This document shows, piece by piece, positions 35,783 to 44,191 of a DNA stretch of 47,632 bases. Source of the stretch: a virus (lineage: Duplodnaviria; Caudoviricetes). Numbering within the stretch: the stretch's first letter is position 1; every line of letters begins with the position of its first letter. The translations under genes and the position numbers were made by a program. The stretch spans positions 1 to 47,632 of the IMG/VR virus record IMGVR_UViG_3300037851_001291. One strand, written 5' to 3'. The notes below the pieces were generated by a model, which saw only the letters and a list, made by a program, of their open reading frames with translations, did no database searches and had not been told where the DNA came from.

Positions 35783-36247
35783 TCAATCTGACAATGCTTT
35801 GGCTTGTCCTTTCAATTTGTTTTTAATTTTTTCGATTTCATTAGCTTGCTGCATTACTTTTTCTTCTAATGCAGGAAGTTTTCCTTTATCCAAAATCTTA
35901 GGTTTTTCTTCTGCCTTGGCTGCCAATGTTTTATTTTCTGCCTTTACTTCCAATGATTCTTCCTTTTCTATTAAACCAAGCTCTTTTTTAATTTTTTCAA
36001 TTTCTGCTGTTTGCTCCTTAATTTTTTCTGAATAAAGAGAGTCTAGAGTTTCCATCCTTTTTTTTACAGACTCCTCGGTTCTTTTAAACAGCTCATCCAT
36101 TTTTTGAGTGCTCTCAATCACAACGTCCAATTGTGATTGAAGTAAAACTCCAATTTGATTGAACTGATTCACCATAGGAGTTGGAGACACAGATGGAATA
36201 GGCGTGGATGACTTAACTGGTTGTGAAACAGGAGTGTTTCCTATCAT
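35783..36247 (-). CDS. Coiled-coil hypothetical protein
   Basis: AAAGG SD; P/S-rich N-terminus followed by E/K-rich helices. Confidence 0.7.
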   Translation of the reverse strand: MIGNTPVSQPVKSSTPIPSVSPTPMVNQFNQIGVLLQSQLDVVIESTQKMDELFKRTEESVKKRMETLDSLYSEKIKEQTAEIEKIKKELGLIEKEESLEVKAENKTLAAKAEEKPKILDKGKLPALEEKVMQQANEIEKIKNKLKGQAKALSD

Positions 36248-36261
36248 ATAAATTTCCTTTC

Positions 36262-36498
36262 TTACACAGGCTCTTCTAAAATTTCTTCTGTGCTAGGATT
36301 GTAATACCAATCTTTTCCGTCAATATCTGGCAATAGAAACGTTTCTCGTTCAAAAATTTCATAAAGAGAAGGTACACAATATTCAAATTCTTCATAACCA
36401 TGTCTGACAATAAGTCCTACAGGGAGCAAACTTACAGCCTTTGTTCTTGGATGAACTGCCATGTGTTCCGTTGTTACATAAACAAAATGTTGCAACAT
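36262..36498 (-). CDS. Small hypothetical protein (possible fibre chaperone)
   Basis: GGAGG SD, TAATG coupling, WYYNP C-terminal motif. Confidence 0.65.
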   Translation of the reverse strand: MLQHFVYVTTEHMAVHPRTKAVSLLPVGLIVRHGYEEFEYCVPSLYEIFERETFLLPDIDGKDWYYNPSTEEILEEPV

Positions 36499-37259
36499 TA
36501 TATTTCCTCCTGGCACCCTAAAACTTCTATTGTCGTTGAACCAGAAGATGTTGTTTTGTATTCAATCAAAGAAGTAAAAGTAACCGGGATTTCGATTTTC
36601 CCAATCGTATCTTTCTTGACTTTAAACCAAGCGTTCATCGTTTCTTCATCTGGACGTATATCTACTGGGCCGGAGTTGGCTTCTATGATAATTTCTGCCA
36701 GATGTGCCGTGGGTGGAATTACCGACGACAAAAAAATATTGGTGTATATCGTTGCTCCTCCATTTGATAAAACGCGCAATATCTCCAAATTCTCCAACCA
36801 AAAATACCTTCTACAATTTCCAATACCATATTGACAAAACTTCAAAAAATTGCCAAATGCGTTGTTGTACAACGAGCCAATTCTTCTTTTTAGTGTAAAC
36901 CCAGAAGGCATTAAAGGAGAAGTTGAGGAGGTAGACAAAAGCCCTGCTACTTCCTTTGTTGTTGAATTGTATATTGCCCAAACATAATACCACGTGTTGG
37001 AAACCTCAGAGCCTGTATCGAGTCCATTCTTTCCACTTTCAGTCAAGGAAACTGTAATTTCGTTTGTTACTTTAATTGTAAAACTATCCGTGCTATCGCG
37101 GCAAGCCCCTTGTCCGATTTTAATAGAAAACACGGACAACCAAAAAAGTCTGCATCCAGAAATAAAGCCCGACAAGGGTAAGGTGCCTTTAATATCAAGT
37201 TGATCTTCCTCTTGGATTTCTTCTATTTGAGTACCTAAAACAAGGGGCTTTTTTTCCAT
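36498..37259 (-). CDS. Fibre/decoration-like virion protein
   Basis: GLDTGSE.SNTWYYVWAI...PSGFTLKRRIGS module seen in fibre proteins. Confidence 0.7.
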   Translation of the reverse strand: MEKKPLVLGTQIEEIQEEDQLDIKGTLPLSGFISGCRLFWLSVFSIKIGQGACRDSTDSFTIKVTNEITVSLTESGKNGLDTGSEVSNTWYYVWAIYNSTTKEVAGLLSTSSTSPLMPSGFTLKRRIGSLYNNAFGNFLKFCQYGIGNCRRYFWLENLEILRVLSNGGATIYTNIFLSSVIPPTAHLAEIIIEANSGPVDIRPDEETMNAWFKVKKDTIGKIEIPVTFTSLIEYKTTSSGSTTIEVLGCQEEI

Positions 37260-37261
37260 GA

Positions 37262-37708
37262 TTATCCTCTTTTAATTGGATAGGAAATTGTGATTTCAAT
37301 TTCTGTTTGAGAAATAGCAATGGCTACGGGCTGCATATATTTTCCTGATCCCGAAGGCGGAGTGCTTGTAATTGCTCCCGCTGTTGCTCCACTCACGTAA
37401 TAGGGTGATCCTGGTGTCAAGGAAGTAAATCCTCCTAGTGGCCCATCTGTTTGGTAGGTAATTGCTTGATCCGCCGCTGTGGCTTCTTCTATAGCAAATC
37501 CTACAGCAGGAAGAGTGCCACCAGCATCCGCTTTTGCTTTTTTCAATTTGCCTGTAGCCGAATCAACATACACAGCATCGTTTGCTGCAATGGCCTCACC
37601 AGAAGTTCCAGAAATTGTATCTTTTCCAATATCAGACAAAGAATCCGAAGCCTGCAATTCTTCGAGATAACCATTAGAACCTATAACAAGAGGCTTTTTC
37701 AACGCCAT
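37262..37708 (-). CDS. Head decoration / cement-like protein
   Basis: GEAIAANDAVYV, KAKAD, LTPGSPYYVS..AGAITSTPP, YMQPVAIAIS. Confidence 0.65.
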   Translation of the reverse strand: MALKKPLVIGSNGYLEELQASDSLSDIGKDTISGTSGEAIAANDAVYVDSATGKLKKAKADAGGTLPAVGFAIEEATAADQAITYQTDGPLGGFTSLTPGSPYYVSGATAGAITSTPPSGSGKYMQPVAIAISQTEIEITISYPIKRG

Positions 37709-38218
37709 CTAGCTTCTCCTTATATAAACTTCATCTATTTGTAACAATATCTTGGTAGCAGTAAGTGCTACTCCAATTTTTTGTACGTATCCACTAGAAA
37801 AAACTGTCGTAGTAATTTCTCCATTTGCTCCAGCAAAGATGGTTCGCTTGGGCAACAAATTCCATTGCAAATTTTCTACCACGCCGGAAGTAACTACACG
37901 TCCCCTGGTATTTGGCAAAATTTCTTCACATACCATTCCCAATACTGGCATTCGAGCCGAATCAGACTGATCGGCGACTCGCATTTGTTCCCCTTCTGCT
38001 AAAGCAACCAAACTATAGGCTGCAATACCACTAGAAGGAGCAATCAAAGACATTGCTTCTGTGGAAATATTGACCGCCTTAAAATCAATTTCTTTAGTTA
38101 TGGGATTGCTTGCAATCAATATAGAGTTGTCAGTAGAAAGAAGCTGAACAGATTCCGATGCAGGGATTCCATTGACTGTTCCTTCTCCAATGCCAATCTC
38201 TCTGGTTCTAAATGCCAT
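37709..38218 (-). CDS. Paralogue of the adjacent decoration-like protein
   Basis: VAD..D...PVLGM, GEITTT, GYVQKIGVALT. Confidence 0.65.
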   Translation of the reverse strand: MAFRTREIGIGEGTVNGIPASESVQLLSTDNSILIASNPITKEIDFKAVNISTEAMSLIAPSSGIAAYSLVALAEGEQMRVADQSDSARMPVLGMVCEEILPNTRGRVVTSGVVENLQWNLLPKRTIFAGANGEITTTVFSSGYVQKIGVALTATKILLQIDEVYIRRS

Positions 38219-38234
38219 AGATTACCTCATTGTC

Positions 38235-38651
38235 TCATTGTCTTACCAAACCTGACTGAGAACGCAAATTGTTTGTTCCATAAAAAAATTCCAGCTTCCC
38301 AGTAAAAGGGAAAGACATTCCTTGTGCGCGAACGGAAACTTTGACTCGTGCCTCAGAAACTGTGGTGGGAAGTGCCAGTCGAAAAAGTCCTGTTTGTTCT
38401 AAGGTGTGATAGAACGGCATAACTTTACCATTGGAACTAACAATGATAGATTCCTCGAAAAACTGCTCTCCTGTAGAAAGTGCATACCCAATGCTGATTT
38501 CAACTTTATCTTCCGTTCCTTTTTCATAGTTAGCATAGAGCATTAAAACATCAGATTGGTGCAGATTGGCAATACGAAAATTGTCTAAAAAATTTGTTGT
38601 CAGTCCATTGGCCGAAATAACGAATGTTTCTTTTTCATTAACTCCCCACAT
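38235..38651 (-). CDS. Beta-rich hypothetical protein
   Basis: ORF tightly packed in the operon. Confidence 0.6.
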   Translation of the reverse strand: MWGVNEKETFVISANGLTTNFLDNFRIANLHQSDVLMLYANYEKGTEDKVEISIGYALSTGEQFFEESIIVSSNGKVMPFYHTLEQTGLFRLALPTTVSEARVKVSVRAQGMSFPFTGKLEFFYGTNNLRSQSGLVRQ

Positions 38652-38654
38652 GTT

Positions 38655-40352
38655 TTAGTCTTTCTTTTTGCCAATGATTTCTTCTAAAACCTTAATGGAA
38701 AGCCCTGTTTTATGAGCCATTTCCTTTATAGGAGATCGTTTACTATGCAAGTGCGCAATCAAATTTAATTGATTTTGGGTTATGCTAGGCATTCCTTGTT
38801 TTGTCAGTCCTTCATTGATTGTATTGAGACTCAGTAAAGAATTTTGTAAAAATTCTTTCATGGAAAGGTTGGACTTTTTTGGCAAAGAAGATTCTTGAGC
38901 TTTGGGCACCTGGGTACCAAAATTAGAGTAATCAAAAGTTGAACCCGGCTGGCTATATCCTGGATAAGCCATCTTTTCTTTCTTCAAAGGAGTCTCTTGG
39001 GCATTCCCCATTTCTACTGAATATCCCTGGGATGAAAGCGAGTCATAAATCCTTTGGGCGGTCGTTTCATCGGGCACAGAAATCAAAAATTGACCAGAAG
39101 ACGATCCGTCAGCCTCCACCCAACCTTGAGGGGTTTGATTTAAAACTATACTTCCTGGAGAAAGTAAACCACTGTCCAACATCATTTGATAAACATTGGA
39201 AGCATTGGCTTGGGCTTTGTCAGAATCACGAACAAAAACTGCATACTCATTTAATACCAATGGTGCTGGAACTTCGTCTTTGATGTCTCCTGGTTGGATT
39301 TCTTCTGGCGGATCAGAATTGGGAAATTCTTGAGAAAGCGGGTCTCGAGAAAGCAAGTCTTGAGTAATTGTAAATTCTTTACCTTCTTTGGTATGATAAA
39401 CTTTTTGATGTTTGCCAGGCTTTAAAGTATAAGACTTGCTTTCGTCCGATAACTCCGAAACTTGTATATTCTCTCCGCACGTAAGACAACGATAAGCATC
39501 GCCAACTCCTGCGACTGTTCCACCACATTTAGGACAAGAACCAGGAATTACTCCCTTTGCTTGATCTAGTTGGGAATTTCCTGAGTAGCCCATGGGTGCA
39601 ACCATTGCAGTAGAAGTTACCACTTCCAAAATTTTTTGCCCACAATTGGGACAATTGCTAGACTTTGTTATTTTTCCACATTCGGAACAATGCAACGATT
39701 TTTTGTAAGTCTCTACCATCCCATTTGTCATTCTGGCTTTGTAGCCACAAGAACGACATTCAAAGACTCTCTTTTTTATTCTGACGGCTTCAGAATCGCA
39801 ATTAGGACATACTCCTTCAAAATGTTTTGTTCCTTGACATTTTACATTTTGTAAGTCTCTAACATGTTGAAAGGAAAGCCCATACTCGTTAGCCAATCGC
39901 TCTGTAGACAATTTCTCTGTAGACAATTTAGCGACATCTTCTGACAAAAAGCCTTCAGCTTTTTCTTTACATCGAAAAATTAAAATCGTGTTTTCTTTCC
40001 CCTCGTGCACTTTAACTTCTTTTCCTATATAATTGGCGCACTCCTGCAACATTGCTTTATGACAATGCTCAACAACGAGAACTACAGAGTTGCTGTTTTG
40101 ATCTATATAGCCTTTCTTTATTTTTACGCCAGATTCTATAGCCCTAGACGCAATCCAATCTCCTACATCGCGAATAGAACGAATAGCCAGTTTGTCTCCT
40201 TCTAAAAAGTTAAATATATTTTCTATATGCCCGCCTAAGTGATAATATTCCACCATAGCATTAACTTTTTTTCTGAAAGATTTATTTTCTTGAATGTCTC
40301 GAATGTACACATATCTTAAAGGAAGTTTTTTATTGGCTACAACTTCTATCAT
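38655..40352 (-). CDS. Large protein with three zinc ribbons and possible C-terminal HTH; first gene of the leftward late operon
   Basis: CPNC/CRSC, CSEC/CPNC and CPKC/CLTC pairs; IKEMAHKTGLSIKVL; GAGGAG SD. Confidence 0.75.
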   Translation of the reverse strand: MIEVVANKKLPLRYVYIRDIQENKSFRKKVNAMVEYYHLGGHIENIFNFLEGDKLAIRSIRDVGDWIASRAIESGVKIKKGYIDQNSNSVVLVVEHCHKAMLQECANYIGKEVKVHEGKENTILIFRCKEKAEGFLSEDVAKLSTEKLSTERLANEYGLSFQHVRDLQNVKCQGTKHFEGVCPNCDSEAVRIKKRVFECRSCGYKARMTNGMVETYKKSLHCSECGKITKSSNCPNCGQKILEVVTSTAMVAPMGYSGNSQLDQAKGVIPGSCPKCGGTVAGVGDAYRCLTCGENIQVSELSDESKSYTLKPGKHQKVYHTKEGKEFTITQDLLSRDPLSQEFPNSDPPEEIQPGDIKDEVPAPLVLNEYAVFVRDSDKAQANASNVYQMMLDSGLLSPGSIVLNQTPQGWVEADGSSSGQFLISVPDETTAQRIYDSLSSQGYSVEMGNAQETPLKKEKMAYPGYSQPGSTFDYSNFGTQVPKAQESSLPKKSNLSMKEFLQNSLLSLNTINEGLTKQGMPSITQNQLNLIAHLHSKRSPIKEMAHKTGLSIKVLEEIIGKKKD

Positions 40353-40381
40353 GTTTTTTTCTCCTCAAACAAACATTCCAA

Positions 40382-40454
40382 TTTTTTCTAATTAATTAAA
40401 CAGGCTTAAAACGCAAATTTACAATTTCTTGTCTGTTTAATTAATTAGAAAAAA
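40382..40454. promoter_or_regulatory. Perfect 22-bp inverted repeat at the divergence point of the two late operons
   Basis: TTTTTTCTAATTAATTAAACAG (40382-40403), 29-bp spacer, CTGTTTAATTAATTAGAAAAAA (40433-40454). Confidence 0.75.
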
Positions 40455-40478
40455 AAAATTATAAGGAAGGGGGAAAAA

Positions 40479-40646
40479 ATGAAAAACACTACATGCCCTC
40501 AATGTAAAAAAACAAAAATTGCAGAAGAAAAAAATTTTGTAGAAATTTCCGGAGTAACGCCAACAAAAACAGAAAGGCTAGTTTGCCAATGTTGTGGTTA
40601 CAAATGGGAACAAAAAAATCCCAAAGCCGTAGTATTAGAGGACTAG
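40479..40646 (+). CDS. 55-aa zinc-ribbon protein (not in the ORF track)
   Basis: Strong SD AAGGAAGGGGG; MKNTTCPQCKK...LVCQCCGYKWEQ...VVLED; ends 3 nt before the next ATG. Confidence 0.8.
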   Translation: MKNTTCPQCKKTKIAEEKNFVEISGVTPTKTERLVCQCCGYKWEQKNPKAVVLED

Positions 40647-40649
40647 AGC

Positions 40650-41414
40650 ATGATAGACCTAAATAAGCGACTTGGATGGAAACCAGAACCACCTGACGCA
40701 AGAGACGTAAAACTAGGGGCGCATCTAGCTTTACGTCTCCCTGATTCTTTGCCAAACACCATATCCCTTCGCGAAAAACAATCTCCCGTGCGTGACCAAG
40801 GAGAAACAAATTCATGCACAGGATTTGCTTTGGCGGCTCTTCGCGAATATCTTGAAATTGTTGACCAAGAACGTGGAAACCCAGAAGCAACCAAAGGTTT
40901 TTTGTCACCTCTTTTTATCTATAACAAAGAACGAGAGCGCGAGGGAACTTTAGAAATAGACTGTGGAGCCTACCTCCGAGATGGTTTAAAAATCCTACAA
41001 AAATGGGGAGTGCCCAAAGAAGAACATTTTCCATTCTTGCCAGAAAACATAAAAATCTCACCTTTTGTTGGAGAAGCGTCGTATTTGCATTGTATTTACG
41101 CATACATGAAAATTGCTTGCTTGCAAGAGGCAAAAATAGCTTTAGCCATGAAACTTCCCGTTGTCTGTGGTCTAAGCATCTATGAAAATTGGGATTTGCC
41201 CATTGTCTGGAAACAAGGATTAATTCCTGACCCTCAAGGAAGAGTAGTTGGTGGGCACGCTGTATTGCTTGTAGGATACAACGACGAAAAACAACAACTG
41301 ACCTATAAAAACAGTTGGGGAGAACAATGGGGAGATCGTGGTTATTTTCACACAGACTATAATTATTTTGAAAAAAATGGAGCAGACTTTTGGACTGTAT
41401 TGCAATGGAGATAA
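40650..41414 (+). CDS. Papain-like cysteine peptidase (family C1A)
   Basis: VRDQGETNSCTGFA (Gln/Cys), LSPLFIY, GGHAVLLVGY (His), KNSWGEQWGDRGY (Asn). Confidence 0.95.
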   Translation: MIDLNKRLGWKPEPPDARDVKLGAHLALRLPDSLPNTISLREKQSPVRDQGETNSCTGFALAALREYLEIVDQERGNPEATKGFLSPLFIYNKEREREGTLEIDCGAYLRDGLKILQKWGVPKEEHFPFLPENIKISPFVGEASYLHCIYAYMKIACLQEAKIALAMKLPVVCGLSIYENWDLPIVWKQGLIPDPQGRVVGGHAVLLVGYNDEKQQLTYKNSWGEQWGDRGYFHTDYNYFEKNGADFWTVLQWR

Positions 41415-41800
41415 ACTGCACACTTCAACAAATGCAAATATTTTTTATGGTTTTGTTACACCTAGACAGAATTGACTTTGTGAAAAAATTGACCGAAGGT
41501 AATCTAGGAGACTACAGTCTGCAACAAATCAGAAGACAAACATTTGAAAAAGCTTTTCAAATAACCAGCATCTACCTACAAATTTATTCCTCTGAAAACA
41601 AATACGAAACAATTCAAAAGTTCGCGCATTTTTATTGCTGTTCATTTGAAATCATTACTCTTGTTTACAAATACGTAGCAGAACTATTATGGAAAATCCA
41701 ACCGCAAACGGACACACAAACCAATCTGGCGATGATTCTGCCAACGATCAAGAATCTCACTCTCAAAAAACTCAAAGCCTTCCATGGCAAACCATTTTGA
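41405..41800 (+). CDS. Hypothetical protein
   Basis: ORF in operon; start uncertain; overlaps the next ORF. Confidence 0.5.
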   Translation: MEINCTLQQMQIFFMVLLHLDRIDFVKKLTEGNLGDYSLQQIRRQTFEKAFQITSIYLQIYSSENKYETIQKFAHFYCCSFEIITLVYKYVAELLWKIQPQTDTQTNLAMILPTIKNLTLKKLKAFHGKPF

Positions 41801-42219
41801 CTACAACCGAAAGTTGGAGCAATGGCCAAAAAATCTCGCCAGAAAAGATGGAAGAGCTAAAGAAAGAATTGGTCTCAGAAGCTGAAGACTTGGAGACCAT
41901 GAAAAAAATTATAAAAATTCAACAAGGCAAAAGACTAGAAAATTTACTAAAATTTGTAAACATCATCGAACAAAAAGCAATGGCTGGAGAAAACTTGAAT
42001 GATATGTCTCCCAAAGACCTAATTCGTTTTTTTGCAGAGATGCAAAATGCGATCACCGAAACCCAAAATTTTGTTTTTGCAAAAGAAGAACAACCATCCC
42101 AAAACAACAACACAACTTCGAAAAATCTAAACCCATTGGGCATCCAACCTTTAGATCGGGAACAAATAATACGAGCCGTTTCTTTTACTCTTGATTTAGC
42201 CAAAGAAACCAGAGTCTAA
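41689..42219 (+). CDS. Helical protein, candidate terminase small subunit
   Basis: Size, helical pattern and position 3 nt before terL; no motif proof. Confidence 0.55.
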   Translation: MENPTANGHTNQSGDDSANDQESHSQKTQSLPWQTILTTTESWSNGQKISPEKMEELKKELVSEAEDLETMKKIIKIQQGKRLENLLKFVNIIEQKAMAGENLNDMSPKDLIRFFAEMQNAITETQNFVFAKEEQPSQNNNTTSKNLNPLGIQPLDREQIIRAVSFTLDLAKETRV

Positions 42220-42222
42220 CCT

Positions 42223-44181
42223 ATGATCCAAGAATTACAACCACCAAATCTAACACCACAAGCATTGAGCACCTATTCCCAAATTTTTCGAGAGTTCATA
42301 GAAAAAGGGAGATCGCTTACATACGAAAATTTGTTTGGGCAAGATTTTGTAACCCATCCTTCCAGCCCGAAAGAATTTTTTACATCCGAGCAATTGATTG
42401 GCCCCAGTGCTAAAAACCTTTATCCTAAATGGCTAGATGAATTGTGTATTGTCTGCAATCCTAAAAATGAAATTACAGAATGGATCATCACAGGACCAAT
42501 TGGCGGTGGAAAAACTACGGTTGCTGCCCACGCCATTGCATATAAACTTTATTATCTAAGCTGTTTAGTAAACCCACAGGAATACTACGGCCTTATGCCT
42601 GGGCACAACATCGTAATTGGTCTTTACAATATTTTCAAATACAAGGTTCGCTCCACAAGCTACCACATTTTGGAAGAAATCGTTACAAGGTCCCCGTATT
42701 TTCAAAAAATATTCAAACGAAATCCAAAGCACACGACCACATTAGAATTCCCCAACAACATTGGCGTAATGACTGGATCAAACGATTTACAAATTTTGGG
42801 TGAAAACCTTTTCATGCTTTTGCTCGATGAAGCCAACTTTATGAAAAGAGGAAATGACCCCGAAGAATCACAAGCCTACAAAGTATACGCTGCTGCTATC
42901 CGACGTATGGAAAGCCGATTCTTGGGCCCTCGAAGACTACGACCTTGGCTTTTAATTCTTGTATCTTCTAAAAAGCATGAAAGCGATTTTACAGCCAAAC
43001 GCATCCAAGAATCCTCTGGAAAAAAAAATGTACACGTAAGCGACTATCCTCTTTGGGAATTGAAGCCACCGGGAACATTTAGCGGCAAAACATTTGTAGT
43101 CCAGATCGGCGACACACTGCGACCTTCGAGAATCCTAAAAGAAAAAGAAGAGCTATTCCCAGGCCTTAAAAATATCAACATTCCCATCGAATTTTATGAA
43201 GCCTTTGAAGCCAATGTAGATGGTGGACTAAACGACATTGCTGGCATTGCGTCTTCTAGCTCCCAACCTTTGATTTCTCACAAAGAGACCATTGGAATGT
43301 GTATTGACCGAACTCGCAAGCATCCATTCTGGCAAATACAAATTCCTAGCAATTTTATGGAACCCGATCCATTGGAAGACTATTTAGACATCACTTCACT
43401 AACACGCATTGCCAACTCTAGGCGTGTGCCAAAAGTCAATCCTCACGTGGCTAGATTCATTCATGTTGACATTGGTCTTACAGGAGATGCCCTGGGAATT
43501 TGCATGGGACACCCAACAGGAATAAAAACAGTGACCAGGCTTTCTTCTGATGGAATGCCCTATAAATCAGAAGATACAATTGTCTACATTGACTTCATGC
43601 TTCGCATTATCCCCAATGGCGAAATAGACCTAGCCCAGGTACGCATATTAATCCTTTTTTTACGAGATTCTCTTGGTTTTCCTATTCAATGTGTCACCTA
43701 TGATGGATTTCAAAGTCGCGAAAGCATCCAGCTTTTAAAAAAATGCAACATTGAGACCGAACTTTTGTCTGTAGATCGAGGAGTCGAACCTTATTCCATC
43801 CTGCAACGCACAATCTTGGAAAACCGAATTTCTTTTTATGATTATCCACCTTTTCTCAAGGAACTAACCAACCTTATCTTGGACAAAGAAAAAGGAAAGG
43901 TTGACCATCCCAAATGCAACCCCGACGGGTCTAAAGGATCAAAGGACGTGTGTGATGCGGTGGCCAGCGTTGTCTACCAATGCCTCAAATGCTCCAATGA
44001 TTTTGCTGTACTCAATCCGCGAGATTTTCTGGAACAGGAAAATAAAGAAGACAAGGCTATGCCCGTTCCCGTTGTCACAGCTTCCCATTCGTCTCGAACC
44101 CAACATGAAGACATTTCTTGGGTCATAGGTGATAGTTCACCCGAACTTCAAAGGGCTGTAAAAAGAACCATATTCAAATAA
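42223..44181 (+). CDS. terL: Terminase large subunit
   Basis: Walker A GPIGGGKT, Walker B LLLDEANF, LVSS coupling motif, nuclease motifs HVDIG, TYDGFQS and DHP...SKDVCDAVA. Confidence 0.95.
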   Translation: MIQELQPPNLTPQALSTYSQIFREFIEKGRSLTYENLFGQDFVTHPSSPKEFFTSEQLIGPSAKNLYPKWLDELCIVCNPKNEITEWIITGPIGGGKTTVAAHAIAYKLYYLSCLVNPQEYYGLMPGHNIVIGLYNIFKYKVRSTSYHILEEIVTRSPYFQKIFKRNPKHTTTLEFPNNIGVMTGSNDLQILGENLFMLLLDEANFMKRGNDPEESQAYKVYAAAIRRMESRFLGPRRLRPWLLILVSSKKHESDFTAKRIQESSGKKNVHVSDYPLWELKPPGTFSGKTFVVQIGDTLRPSRILKEKEELFPGLKNINIPIEFYEAFEANVDGGLNDIAGIASSSSQPLISHKETIGMCIDRTRKHPFWQIQIPSNFMEPDPLEDYLDITSLTRIANSRRVPKVNPHVARFIHVDIGLTGDALGICMGHPTGIKTVTRLSSDGMPYKSEDTIVYIDFMLRIIPNGEIDLAQVRILILFLRDSLGFPIQCVTYDGFQSRESIQLLKKCNIETELLSVDRGVEPYSILQRTILENRISFYDYPPFLKELTNLILDKEKGKVDHPKCNPDGSKGSKDVCDAVASVVYQCLKCSNDFAVLNPRDFLEQENKEDKAMPVPVVTASHSSRTQHEDISWVIGDSSPELQRAVKRTIFK

Positions 44182-44191
44182 GGAGAATCTT

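Noticed and set aside
39900-39929. 15-bp tandem duplication (KLSTE x2)
   Set aside because: Ordinary in-frame slippage; no wider pattern.
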